Below are positions 1 through 18,897 of a stretch of 64,000 nucleotides of DNA, in pieces. The stretch lies in assembly GCF_009914755.1 (NCBI RefSeq), contig NC_060925.1. One strand, given 5' to 3'. The notes beneath the pieces were generated by a model, which was given only the letters and a program-made list of their open reading frames with translations, was not told where the DNA came from and did not search any database. The position numbers and the translations under genes were made by a program. How positions within the stretch are numbered: position 1 is the stretch's first letter; each line of letters begins with the position of its first letter. Source of the DNA: the human T2T-CHM13v2.0 reference genome, Homo sapiens.

Positions 1-261
1 TCTGGCTCCTTTGAATGTCTGCAGCAGTTTTACTATTGGTGTCATTTCTCTAGCACTCCCATCCCATTTCCCACCCTACCCTATTTCACTGTGCTCTCAC
101 CACCCTCTTTGTGAGTAACCCGAGGGCAGGGATTGAGTCTTGTAAAGCAGCATAGTACCTTCAACTTAATTGTTATTTCATAAACACTGGACTTGATTTG
201 AATTGAACTGCTCAGTTTGATTCACTGTGGTCAGTGTACATAGAGATCCATAGTAGATAGT

Positions 262-601
<340 letters not shown>

Positions 602-1416
602 TGAAATTTAAAAGTTATAGAAAAATTGTAAAAATAGTACTTGGAGCTCCAAGTACTCCAAGCACTGACACTCACCCAGATTACCAATTATGACCATTGA
701 ATCACATCTGCCTTATTCTTTCTAGTAAACACACACACACACATTAAACTTGTTTTCGTTTTTTCCTGGACCACTTGAGAAAAAGTTACAGACATGATGC
801 CCCCTTACCCTTTAATCTTTCAGTGTGTATTTCCTGTAAACAAGGACATTTTCTTACACATTCAAACCATCAATTAACGTTGACAATGAACAAACCAGAA
901 CATTAACATTGATCCAACTTTACCGCATAATTCACAGACCGCATTCAAATTTCCCCTATGGTTGCAAGAATATCTTGTACAGGTACAGGCCTTTTATAGT
1001 TACACTTTTTCTTTAATCTCCTTCATTTTGGAACAATTGCTCAGCTTTTCTTTCTCTTTCACGACCTTGACATTTTTTTAAAGTGCGTACTTTGTAGAAT
1101 GTCCCGCAATGTGGGTGTGTCTGATGTTTCCTCGTGATTTATGCGTTTGTAGCAAGAACACCGCAGAAGCAATGCCTTACTCTTCTCAGTGCATCTATCA
1201 GGAGGCATACGATGCCGAATTGTCCTATCGCTGGTTTTGGTAAAGATGGTGTCTCACGGGTATCTCCACTGAGTCATCCCTAAGTATTTTATGAGGAGAT
1301 ACCTTAAGGCTTCTATTATCAGATAGAGCTTTCCTTTCGTCTCCATTTATGCATTTATTTTTTAGCAATGTAGATTCATAGATTCCTATTTTATTCAAAG
1401 GGTTAAAAATCAGTAA

Positions 1417-1768
<352 letters not shown>

Positions 1769-2107
1769 CATTGGGAGCTCTTTTAAGGCAGATCTTGTGA
1801 CCTTTTGATATGTCCCTACCATGCTTTGGACATTTCCTTACTTTGTAGTACAAGATGTCCCTGTTTCATCTTTTATTTTATGTACTTCAGCCCTAGAATC
1901 AACCATTTCTCTAAGGAACCCTGGTTCCTTTAAATGGAGAATAATATTTAGAAGCCACACACTGCAAGCTAGGGATGCTCATTGCTACTAGGTATTTTTC
2001 CCTCCAGCCCTCACAGCACATAGAACTAGGAAATATATATGTATATATCTATTTACATATTTGTATGAGTATATACATGTATGTGTATATATATCTCTGT
2101 GTGTATA

Positions 2108-2774
2108 CAGTAGTCCCTCCTTATCTGTGGGAAATGTGTTCCAAGACCCCCAGTAGTTGCCTGAAACCATGAATAGTACCCAACCCAATTGCTGTTAGAA
2201 CGCACTTCTATCCATGTCCTCCAACCACAAATTTAATGCCTTCTCCATCGTTAATTAAACAATGTGGCTGTAACTTTCGCAGTTTGAGGTGTGATAGCAA
2301 AACTAGCAGTTTCTTTTTCCTTTTTCACAATTTCACAGATGGAAGATTCGTTCTTACTGTGGATCTTAGCGATCTCAGCATACAATTTTCTCTTTCCTTA
2401 TTAAGGAGAACTTTCACCTTTTCACTTAAAAGCACTTTATAGCTTCTCTTTGGCATATCCGAACTGCCAGCATTGCTACTCTTGTGCTTTGGGGCTATTA
2501 GTAAGTAAAATGAGGGTTACTTGAACACAAGCACTGTGACACCCGACAGTCAATCTGAAAACCAATGCAGCTACTAAGTGACTAATGGCAGGAGCATAGA
2601 CATCGTGGATATGTTGGACAAAGGGAGGATTCAAATCCTAGGCAAGACAGAGCAGGACGGCGCACAATTTAAAACTCATGAATTGTTTATTTCCAGAATT
2701 GTCCATGTATTATTTTTGGACCAAGGTTGACTTCAGGTAAATGAAATTGAGGAAAGCAAAACCACAGATAAGGG
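2108..2774 (-). mobile_element. MER44-type (Tigger7-derived) non-autonomous DNA transposon
   Basis: TA then TIR cagtagtccctccttatctgtggg...ttccaagacccccag; the other end reads ttttggaccaaggttgac...accacagataaggg. Confidence 0.8.
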
Positions 2775-2974
2775 CATATGCACACCCACATAAACACCTA
2801 CACACATTGGTACCTATGTCAACATCTATGTCAATGTCTACATAAAGCTATGAGTTCACACTGGTTCCTCTTCTTCCAGTCTAATACCACAGGGCTTATT
2901 CTAGCCATTCCCCTTTCAGTATTTATAATTCCCTTCTGACAGCGAGAAATGTGACTCTCATCATGCTCAATGTA

Positions 2975-3446
<472 letters not shown>

Positions 3447-3449
<3 letters not shown>

Positions 3450-3606
3450 TCCTGCTCTGTCCTGCCTTGGATTTGAGTCCTCCCTTTGTCCAACATATCC
3501 ACGATGTCTATGCTCCTGCCATTGGTCACTTAGTAGTTGCGTTGGTTTTCAGATTGACTGTCGGGTCTCAGAGTGCTTGTGTTCAAGTAACCCTCATTTT
3601 ACTTAC
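3447..3606 (-). repeat. Inverted duplicate of 2501-2660 (MER44 internal segment)
   Basis: Reverse complement match, 9 mismatches in 160 bp by eye. Confidence 0.95.
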
Positions 3607-6514
3607 CTCTTTGCTTAATCATCCCTATATGTCATCAGTCCCAACTGCAATGGCAAAAGCTTGTCCTGTTACCATGGGTTCCCCCAAACAGGCAAGTCCC
3701 TTTCCCCCACCATGGTGGGACTGAATGAACAATGCCCTATAGTGATCAGCATGCACACTCTGAGGGAATTCTGCCCACTTCTGCCACTGCCTGGACTCTG
3801 AGAATCGGTGGACAAGGATCACAAGGTTGACTTTTCCTGTTGTTGCTTAGCAGAGTGAATGTTATTTTCTGCTTTGCCATGGCAGTGACCCCTTTAAATG
3901 TGGAATTTTTTTTTTCTGTTTGCTCCTCTCTACTTCTCTGATTACTCATAGGACAGTAAAAGGATTAACTGAATCCATTCAAAGATGTGTCCTGCTCCAG
4001 GCTTCTCTCAGGAAGAGTGCATGATAAATATTATATAGCTTGAGGCCAAAGGTCAGCTGATCCCTCCTCACAGCTGCCAGATGGTTGACTCTTCTAGTAT
4101 ATTCTCAGGGCCACCAGCTCACTTCCTAGATACACATCCCTAAGTCATCTTCCACGCCTCCTGCCTCCAACCCACTGCGTCCCCAGCCCCATGTCAAATT
4201 GTAACCTTGGAGGCAGCAAGTTCCTTTGCACGGCAGCTGCTGTGTCAGTTTCTCCTTGACCGATTTACTGTGGCCCTTGAGACGGCCCCCTTCACAATGT
4301 CCTTACTGTTCTTGAGGGCTGAGGAAATCTTTTTCTATGAGTTAAATCCTCCCTACTCATTTAGATGTTTCCTTACAGAATTTTCAAAACCAGACAGTAT
4401 GTGTCATACCATGTTCCCCAAATGAAGCTGAAAATCCAATTTATAAGACCAATTTCTACTCTCTCACAATTTATATTATTAGGGAAAATGGATAATAATG
4501 AAGCCCACAGATTTTCACTCCAGAACTGACTTTGCTGCAGAGGAGTGAGGAGAGCTGCCTGGCAACGCAACGCATCGCTGTGCATAAACTTTGTTTACAG
4601 CCAAGGCTGGAGTAAAGGAACAGATGGCAAGAAAATCGGATTTAAAGAAAGGAAGGATGTGCTTGCATCTGGGAGCTCGGTAAATCTCTTGGCTTCTGGT
4701 GTGCGTACAAGGGTGACGTCTAGCTACCCCAGCAGTCGCGTCCCAGTTTGCTGTTGATTTTTGCCTGTTTGGATCTGTCTCTGAGGATGGTTAATACATC
4801 TTATTACAAGCATTTATCTCATCCCTCCCACAGGAAATGTGTTTTCCCAGGGATTTGTATGTTCCCTAACCTTTTATGGAAAGCAGTTTCTTGATCATCC
4901 ATGTGATTGTGTATCTAAAATTTCAAGAATATTTAAGCTGTTAATCCTGCTTGTCTGTAGAAGATGGGTTTATATTTCTATGATCTTGGAAATATTTACA
5001 ATGAGCATGTATAACAAGGAGAAATAAGCATAAACATTTATGCCTGCCACATTCGTAAGCATGCTTGCACACACACACCCGCTTTGTGCTTTATTGTCTC
5101 TCTTTGGTGCTTTTCTCTGAAGGCAAAACAATTTTAAGCAGCTGACCCTCACAATATATGAAATAGCTATTATCAAGGCTCACAGTAAAGCTGCCCAAGG
5201 CTTGCTTACCCCTCCCTCCTAAAGGAAAGTACAAGTTACTATTCAGGTAAGATTTACATCTGCTCCCTTGGGAAGGTAAAGGGAGAGAACATATACATTT
5301 TATCCCAGTGATGTAAACTTGCACTTAACCACCCCAGTTGTTCAATGCAGACAAGTTATAAGCATTTTTATTTCAAAATAACCCCATATACATTTATAGC
5401 AATTCTAGGACCTTCACAGCTACCCATAATCAATCCCCTACAGAAACATGCACCCTGCCAAGAAACTCCACCCCACTCCTACATGTTAGCAACCTGTCAC
5501 TCCTCAGCAACATCCAGTTCTGTTGAAAGACACTTCTTCAAATTCATCGTGAGCTGAAGATGAAATTACTTAAGCAAAAATACCATATATTATAAAAATA
5601 GTTCTTTACAAAATAGTCACCAGTTAAAAAAATCAAAGCATCTTATAGGATTGACTGCCAAGCACCACTGGAGGCAAGCGCTATTAGAACTGGTTTGACC
5701 CGACTCATTGCCTCCTGGTCTATGCCAGGCCAGTTGCAGCTGTTAGGCATAAGAGTGATTCTTTCTGGTGGCACACAGCTTGCCCTCTTCAAATAAACCC
5801 TCTGGGCATACCTCCCCAGCCCCCTGGAGTGCTTCTGGGGCCACATTCTGGAACTTCCAGGCAGCCCCAATGGCCAATGGTCAGTGCAATCCCCTTCACC
5901 AACCTCCAGAAAGGTAACTTTGGGTTCAGAAGTCTATGGCCTGCTGGTGCTCCCAAATCTCTCATAGTGCTTGCGTTCTGGCCTGTATGATTATGGCTTC
6001 CTCACCCTACTGGCAGAGGGCACAGAGGAGGCCTTGGTACAAAGGCCAAGCTGGGCACAGGGCACTTAGTGACTATGTATCACTCATTGTTGAGTCATGT
6101 TCTTTCACTTTACATAGCCTCTGAGTTGGCCACCACCTCGGATCCTCTACCTTCAACCCACTGCTGTGACTCAGTCAAGGAAAAAGCCCTACCAAGGAAT
6201 CCCCGGAAGAATCCACTATGGCAATTCACAAATGCTCCTCGTATACCCTAAGTGGTTCACGGTAGGGCAATGGAAGCATGCAGTGCAGGGACAAGGAACC
6301 AAGGCTGTGACCAATCCCATTTAAGTATCGTATCTTTAACTAATTTCTGATGTTTGGAGGTCCCACTGGCCTCAAGAATGTTGCAGTTCTTGAGTCCTGT
6401 GTGCCAGGAACCACTGATAGATGTGCAGTTGTAGCTTTAACCAACAGCAGCCACCATCCAGGAGCCACCATCCAGGATGTTTCTTTTTTTGACTGAGGCA
6501 AATAAAGCCTTGGC

Positions 6515-6680
6515 TCTGTGGGGTTGCATAAGGATCACCTAGGATGCTTTTTCAAAATGCAGACTCCTGGGAGTCACCCTTGCCTCAATCTTCTAGGTTC
6601 AATAGGTCCAGGGTAGGACCTGAGAACAACAGGTTCCACAAGTGAATCTGATGATGGTGGATTTGGGGAAAAAGCCCTAG
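6515..6680. mobile_element. MER5-like hAT-Charlie MITE
   Basis: gcataaggatcacctaggatgctttttcaaaatgcagactcctggg...aagtgaatctgatg resembles MER5A/B. Confidence 0.55.
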
Positions 6681-6744
6681 ATAGTAACCTTTGTCTTCTT
6701 GTCTTTTCACTGTACACAATCCCCCTTCCAACTTGTTTTAATTA

Positions 6745-6890
6745 CCTGGAGCTTTAATTATCACCTATATGCCAATGACTTCCAAGTCTCTATACCTATA
6801 GTCCTAACCTCTCTCTTGAATGCTAGGTTTAAATTTCCATCAGCCAGCAGATAAATCTCCCTTAATATACCATGGATAATTTCAAAAACA
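6745..6890 (+). mobile_element. L2 fragment
   Basis: tttaattatcacctatatgccaatgacttccaagtctctatacc is a typical L2 RT-region remnant. Confidence 0.55.
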
Positions 6891-7435
6891 CTTTCAAAAC
6901 ATAATTGTGAGAACTTATTTCCTCCTAAGACACTTGAAATTAATTGCCCCTCTTTGAGGTCTACGTAGGTAGTAAAAGGCCAGGGTTGACCAAAACGTGA
7001 AATCCACTCAGGGTAAAGAAAGTTTTATTTAAATTTCTTGTAAAGTTAAAAAAAAAAGAAAAGAAAAAGCAATGTTGCTAATGGCTGAATAACCCATAAT
7101 ACTCAGACCAGAAAGCAGTTTGTTCCACAGTCTGTAGGTTTTAAACTAGTGTCAGCTCTTTGCTGCAGATGTGAAGAGAAATGCAAACATTTCACCCACT
7201 TAATGATTTTTTTGCCTTGTTTCCCTAAGACAACTAATAGCTCTGTAAAGGCAGTATTTGATAACTGCGAGTACATATTGTCTGGTGTTTTGATTCTTTA
7301 TTGCTTCTCAAATCAGGATGGTAAAGATTCCAACTTGAGAATCTGAGTTATTTTATTTACCTGAAGATGCAGATCTGTAGTAATCAGGCTCCTTTTGTTG
7401 CAGGGAGCAGAAGCCCACTCAGTTTATCTCAAGTG

Positions 7436-7678
7436 TTGGATCACCTGAGGTCAGGAGTTCAAGACCAGCCTGGCCGACATGGTGAAACCCCGTCTCTACT
7501 AAAAATACAAAAATTAGCCAGGTGTGGTGATGGCACCTGTAATCCCAGCTACTCGGAGGCTGAGGCAGGAGAATCTCATGAGTCTGGGAGGTGGAGGTTG
7601 CAGTGAGCTGAGATCGTGCCACTGCACCCCAGCCTGGGAGACAGAGCAAAACTCTGTCTCAAAAAAAAAAAAAAAAAG
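7436..7678 (+). mobile_element. AluS, 5'-truncated
   Basis: Starts at ggatcacctgaggtcagg and ends in a poly-A tail. Confidence 0.92.
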
Positions 7679-7888
7679 ATAAATAAAATGGATGGGTTTT
7701 CAAATCAAAGTAAGTTTCAGTCACTATTATTGCTAGTTTATTTATATTTAATAAATATGTAATCCCATGACACTGTGCAACATAATTAGCAAGTATTTAT
7801 GCTGTTGAATCCATGACCCAGTTTCCTGAAGACATCTGTTTTCTAAAAGGATTTTTTTCAAACTTAGATTAAAAAGGCACTACTTAAG

Positions 7889-8089
7889 CAGGGTTGCCAG
7901 AGAGAATACAGGACACTCACTTAAATTTGAATTTCAGATAAATAGTAAATAATTTTTCACCATAAGTATATCTCAGACATGCAAGGGACATACTTACACT
8001 AAGAAATTATTTGTTGTTTATCTGAAATTCAAACTTAATTGGGCATCTTGTATTTTTCTTTCTTTCTTTTTTCTAAACCTGATAACCCA
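7889..8089. mobile_element. MER53 palindromic hAT MITE
   Basis: cagggttgccag...aaatttgaatttcagataaa / tttatctgaaattcaaactt...ctgataaccc; long internal inverted symmetry. Confidence 0.88.
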
Positions 8090-8272
8090 TCCTCCACCCC
8101 ATTTATTTATCTTTCTTTCTTTTCATAAAAAAGACTAAGATTTTAGTTCTCCCTGGTGTAATGGCCTCACTTCTCTTCCAAATTGTTTTTAGATATTTTT
8201 TCTCCTTTGACAATATATAACAGGCGTGTCACCTTTGTTGATTTCTAATGTGTAATTTTTAAATGTGCATAA

Positions 8273-8638
<366 letters not shown>

Positions 8639-9559
8639 CTAATAGTTAAAACAATTGCAAACAGGTGAAACCAGTCTCATTGTGTGAATAATGCAAATTC
8701 AAGGGGCAATCTGGGTGGAGATCTGTGACAGTAAAGCACAATTTCTTGTTAACAGAAAGGAGTTTGCTTAATGTTATCTCTTGTGATCTAAAGGCCTTGG
8801 ATATTCAACATGTGTCTATTTTTCAACTGAACTGGACTTATTTATTTTCTTTCTTTCTTTCTTTTTAAATACTCCTATGACTTCATTTCTTTCACCCCAT
8901 AAGCTCTTGAGACCATCCACAAAGGTCAGCAGAGAGTAATGTCTGAGCTCTCTGGGATATCCCATACATCAAAAGGCCATATCTTTACTCGGCTAAGGAG
9001 TGCAGAGCTGAGACGTGTCAGAGTACCACCTCCTCTCAGCCAGCAAGGCAAACTGCCACCATGGAGTCATGCATACTACTGCATTCGCCATAGGATTGAT
9101 TTATTTCATTATTGTTTATGGATCTCTGTAGGCAAATGTGTCCAATCATGAACACAGGGAAAAAAAGACACATTATTCCTTTTGACAGTAGGATGCAACA
9201 ATGTCAATAATTGTTAGGTAATTATTGTCAACATATTAGACAATGCCAGCCGGTTTAATGTGCAATCATATGCTTTACCTCTTGAAATGACAACTGTGCA
9301 GTAAGTTGTTACCTGTGTTTAACAAAATACTACCAAGAATAATCTGAAACTAATACATTTACTTAAACATGGATACTTAGAGATGTTAAAAAAAATAGTA
9401 GAGCAAGTAAGGTTTTCCTGAGCTTCAAAGAACAAACTTGAGATCCAGTGAAACATCAGTTCTCAAGATTTCATATACAGTACACAAAAATGCCCCCAGA
9501 AATTTTTCTAAATACAGACTACTCCAGTGTCCCATTTCCAGAGATTCTGTTTCAGCAAG

Positions 9560-10044
<485 letters not shown>

Positions 10045-10774
10045 TATTTTTTTTTTTTTTTCTTAAGCAACACTCCAGGTGGCTGAGATGCTGGCAATCC
10101 TCAGTCCATAATTTAATAAACACTGCAGTGTGGCCTCGGGCTGGCTGTTGACTCAGTTTGGGCCGGGCATAAATCAGTTAATCTCTCTGTGCATCAGTTC
10201 ACTGCCAGTAAAGTAAGTCTGAGAATTCTTAACTAACTCAAAGATATAGTCCTTGAGAAAGGAAGAAGCCACACTTCCCTCAATAGCCTGGCAGTGTACA
10301 CTCCTTGCTCTAAGAAATACATGGTAAACAGGGACTGTGCCAAGACTACACACCAATAAAACATTTTGGACCTTTAGCCCTGCTCTCATGGAGAAATATG
10401 AGTGGTCTCAGGAAGTTTGCAGCCTTGGTTTTCATGGTAAGTCCGGAGCACGTGAAACTATTGGCATGCCACACAACACCATGGATGTGTCCAAATATGT
10501 GGGATACCTCAAAGGCCACATGTTTGGAGTTTCCTTCTATCTCCTCCTTCCTAACCTCTAAATGCCTGTGGGCTCCGGGGTTCTGGCCTCTTCTCAATTT
10601 ACATTCTCATCCCTAAGCTTAAGTGAATTCCCAGGTTGTATCTCTAGCCTGATGGCTCCTTGAGCTTCAAACTCTTACATATCCCACTGTCTACTCAACA
10701 GCTACACTTGGATGTCTCAAAGGTTCTCAAACTTCACATGTCCAAAAAGAAATTCTTGTTTCCAGATTCAATAA

Positions 10775-11268
<494 letters not shown>

Positions 11269-11291
11269 TAGCCTTCTTATTGGTCTCCTAG

Positions 11292-11876
<585 letters not shown>

Positions 11877-12027
11877 TAATTTTTTCTCACAACATTTGTC
11901 TCAGTCCATTATACTACTTATTTACTTACTACCTGATTATCTGTCTGCCATACTAGAATAAAATCACCAAGAGGGCAAAGACTGTCTTACTTACCATGGC
12001 ATCCTGAGTTCCAGAATGGTCACTAGC

Positions 12028-12435
12028 TGTATTAGGCTGTTTTTGTGTTGCTATAAAGAAATACATGAGGCTAGGTAATTTAGAAAAAAAGAGGTTTAAT
12101 TGGCTTCTGGTTCTGCAGCCTTTACAGGAAGTATGGTTCTGGCATCGGCTTGGCTTCCAGGGAGCCCTCAGGAAGCTCACAATCATGGCAGAAGGTGAAG
12201 AGGGAGCAGGTGTCTCACATGGTGGGACCAGGTGCAATAGATAGAGTGGGGCAGTTGCCATACACTTTTAAATGACCAGATCTCATAAGAACTCACTCAC
12301 TGTCATGAAGACAGCACCAATCCATAAGGGATCTGCCCACATGACCCAAACACCTCCCACCAGGTCCCGCCTCCAGCACTGGGGATTACAATCCAACATG
12401 AGAGTTAGGCAGGGACAAATATCCAAACTATAGCA
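12028..12435 (-). mobile_element. MST (ERVL-MaLR) solo LTR
   Basis: tgtattaggctgtttttgtgttgctataaagaaatac...gggacaaatatccaaactatagca with TG...CA ends. Confidence 0.88.
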
Positions 12436-14009
12436 CCAATAGTGGGTTCTTAGTAAATATTTGTTGCAAGAATGAAAGAACAAATGAGGAACGGATATCA
12501 GCTATTAATAACAAGGGGGTTTGGGGAATCAGAAGAATAATGAGTATTAGTACACTAAAAACAAAACAACAACAAAAACCAAAAACAAAACAAAGATTCT
12601 ATCTGGGGCTTTGGAAGGGCTGGAAATATTTGAGTAGGCGAAAAAAAAAGAAGAAAGGGCCTAACATAAGCTAGGTGGGGAAACCACAAGATTCGTGTGG
12701 CAATAAAAATAAACTGATCTAATAGAGGCAGAGAGAAAATGACAGAGGCAAAAAGGAACTGAGATTGAATAGGTTAAAAAGGGTCAGAGCAGAGCAAATT
12801 TTGAATGTGTCACATAGAGGAGTTATTTGAAGGGGACGTGACATTTTCCAGTGGGGTGTCAAGGTGTCAAGGATGAGTGTGGTGTCATGTCGTGACTGAA
12901 GTTGGGAATAAAGGAGTATTCTGCTGCCGGCACAATACTCAGGCAAAGTACCTTGGGAACAGATAAAGGGTGCTACAATTAGATTTCCCCACAGCCTAAG
13001 CAGAAATCCCAAGGAGAAGCCCCTTTGCTCTTGGAATATGTCTCAGAAACTTAGAGGTCACAGCTGAATCTGAGAATGGACCCAGCCAGGAGGACCTCAC
13101 ATACTCACTGGTTAGAAATAATTGTTTGTTGCTATAGAATCCAGTAAGTATTAGTTCTTGTGTGAAGGCATGGCACTGGGGGGCTTTCTGAAAGCACATT
13201 GGAGATATTGTTGGGAAAATGTTAGGTTTTTAATCACCAAAAAATGATCACAATTGAATTTCAAGTAAATTGCCTCCTTAGTTTTGCTGCAGCTGCCTTA
13301 AAAACATCCTTGCTTTTGGAAGTGGAATATTCATTATGATTCAAAATGATACTTTGTAGTCTTGCTCTAATGATGCACACACATGACCTTTTGAGAAATC
13401 CAGATGTTGCTAATGTTCCAGCTGTGTAGAATAGATTTACTGTGACTAGAAGCTGGAAATGACCTAGATAAGCACAGCAAAACCCAAAGGACCCACTCAT
13501 TTTTTTCTGTTAAGATGAAGTGACTAATTGGATGGTTAAACCTGTTATAGTTCCCTGGCTTCCACCTCTTCTCAAAGAAGAGAAAGGCATCTCATTATGT
13601 AGCACCAAAGCGACATTTTAAAGAGTGCTTCAGCATTGACTTTATTCCCAAGCTTGTAACTAGGCCATTTATTGCATTTGAAAAAAGAAAATGCCTCCAT
13701 TGTGCCTCCTACTGTGTCATACACCACAGCATCACCATGGGTGATGGGAACACTGAACCTGTGCTACCTTCCTCCACACTGGCCTCAGTGTCCCTCCTGT
13801 TTTCTGATGCACTAGGAAGAAGACTTATATCTAGCGGGTGTTACATCCCTGGGTACTCACCTCTCTGCTGGGTGCTCAGTGAGTCTTCACATGTGAAGGA
13901 AATAACATCACACCCATGTTACATATGAAAAAAGCAAATTGCAGAGAACATTTTCCCTCCATCATCTGTTTGTTTCAGATAAGTAATATATTGACCCTTG
14001 GGGCTCTCA

Positions 14010-14466
<457 letters not shown>

Positions 14467-15179
14467 TTAGAAATATCTAACTCTCACTTGTTTCAAGAAA
14501 AAAACACTGAGAAAACAAAAGTCCAGGACAACAAAAGAATATACAGAGGAAAAAAACAAATGATCCCTTTCTCCTCTGGACAGGGGCCACATTTCCTTTG
14601 TCACTATATCCCCAGTGCCTAGAGTGAAGAGGAAATTGAGATAGTTCTGTGGGGGCAAATGAATTCATATGGTGACTTTGGGACCCTGCATTATGGGGTC
14701 TGGACTGAAAGATTCCTTCAAAGTCACTCTGGACCAGGCCCACTGCTTCCAGGCACGTTTACATCCAAAGTAAGCAACAAAAGGATCTGACCTCTCTCCC
14801 TAAGGCCTAGAACACAATACAGATAACAATAAGAACAACAAAGTGGGTTTAAGATAAAATAAACACAATACACATTGCATTCTTGTCTTCTTTTCTTGTC
14901 TTTTCTGGCTGTGTGTATGTTTTTTTAACAGGAATCTGTTGGTGGGAGAATTCCTGGATGTTTCCTACAAGCAGATGGCAATGTTCTCTTAGTCTCATCG
15001 GAACCAGACAGAGAAGGGGACGGTGGAAAAAGGACTGATAGAGACAAAGCACATCTAGCCAACCAGTCACCCTCTACTTCTAAAGACTTTTGAAAACAAG
15101 AGTATTGTCAAGAATTATTTAACATTATTATGATACTATCATTATAATCAAGGAGTGGGCTGTTGAGAGATTTCATCTT

Positions 15180-16445
<1,266 letters not shown>

Positions 16446-16456
16446 TTCTACTAGAT

Positions 16457-16700
16457 CAATGGCTTTGAGACTATTTTTTCTATAACCCACAGCAGAAATA
16501 CATTTTATATCACAATCCTGTGTACACATACACACACCTATAAAAATGTTCATTCAACAGTATTTACCATGACCAAGTGTGACGGACTCTAAGAGCTTTC
16601 TATTGAATTTCAGTTTTTTTAAATGCTGGTCAGATGCACCGATTTGATTTCACAATCTAGTAATCACTAATGGGTTGCAGCCTGTAGTTTAAAATGCACT
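16457..16700 (-). mobile_element. MER112-like hAT-Charlie element
   Basis: acccacagcagaaatacattttatatcacaatcc...tgatttcacaatc...ctaatgggttgcagcctgtagtttaaaatgcact. Confidence 0.65.
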
Positions 16701-17820
16701 ACCCTAGATTATAAGCTTCTTGTAGCAGGGACCACATCTTATACAATTTAGATTCCCCGTGGCAACTATTATAATGCCTTGCACATAATGAATTTTTGTG
16801 GAAGGAAATCAGGGGAAAAAGGAAGGAATGAAGTGAGGGAGGGAGAGAGAGACGAATTTTTCCAGTACTCAACCTTAAAATGTTCTCCAAAACTACAATG
16901 AAATCTTGTCTCCTCCAATTCTACTGAACTTTCATATACACAGTTTCTATTTTTTTCCTCATATTTCCAAGGTAAATCAAACATGGGTCACAATGCCTCA
17001 GGGGAGATTTGGTGTTTTGCTTTTTCTCACCACCAACTCCCTACACCACATCTAGGGCTCCAACCATAGTCTTTTAGTTGGACTAGACTGGCCAAGCAAG
17101 ACACTTATGTTACATGGCTGCAGCCCTCCTATGCAAAGGTTGTCACGCTGTGTACCACATGACCCCACAACAGCTGCCTGGACCGGAGGAAGATGGCAGC
17201 AGCAGCCAACACACATACAGAGAAGAGGAAGTAGAAGCCCTAAGAAAATAGAAGCTATGAGCAAGCTGAAGATGAGGAAGAGAGGACAGGATGGAGAAAT
17301 TAGTTGGTAGCGGCAGAAGCAAAGAGTAGTTTGGAAACTGAAAGAGCGAGCACTAGAAATAGGTATAGTTGCCAACTTCTGTTCATAGGGACAAGATACC
17401 CAAGTAAGCTGTGATGAATCCTGCGTTATCTTCCATTACCCTGATGACATTGCAAGCTCTGTGAGGACCAGCTTTTCATAGATTCTTCTTTCTCCACAAG
17501 GACCGCATATCATACATCAAATTTCTCCCTTGCTTCCTTTCTCTTGTACTCAAAAAAATTAACTTACAGAAAAGTTGCAAGAATATTGCAAAGAACTCAT
17601 ACCCTTTACCCAGATTCAGCAATTTTTAACATTTTGCCACATTTCTTTCTCTCTCTTTCTCATTTTTGTCTGAAGCATTTGAGACTAGGATGCATATATC
17701 ACTTTTTTTCTTAATATTTCAGTATGTATTTCCTTAGATATTTTCTTACACAGTCGTGGTACACAGCTCCAATTCAGGCAATTTTACATTGATATAATAG
17801 TTCAATGTTAAACCCCACAT

Positions 17821-18640
<820 letters not shown>

Positions 18641-18768
18641 GTTGATGTTCTAATTCTGTGAATTATCCCAATAATGTACTTGTAGCATGTTTTTTTTTTC
18701 ACTCCATTCCACGATCCAGTCCAGGATCACATGTTTTACATATTGCATTTAATGATTATGTCTCCTCA

Positions 18769-18897
18769 GCAGGGTGATCAAGTCATCAATTCAGAATAAC
18801 CCTGTTTTCCCAGACCTTCTCCATTTTAGCACTGAAAGTCCTGCATCCTGGGAAACTACTCAGTCCTAGGTGAATGGGTGAAGAGTTGGTTATGCTA
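18769..18897. mobile_element. MER81/MER94-like hAT-Blackjack MITE
   Basis: agggtgatc...ttttagcactgaaagtcctgcatcctgggaaactactcagtcc...gttggt. Confidence 0.65.

Noticed and set aside
6091-6173. Two AP-1 heptamers (TGAGTCA at 6091, TGACTCA at 6167)
   Set aside because: Short motifs with no independent support
6449-6476. 14-bp tandem duplication agccaccatccagg x2 (similar cases at 39351-39391, 40891-40932 and 45900-45932)
   Set aside because: Ordinary slippage-type micro-duplications
10337-10616. Three overlapping non-Alu ORFs with a donor-like catg/gtaagt
   Set aside because: No recognisable protein and no matching acceptor; lengths are within chance expectation
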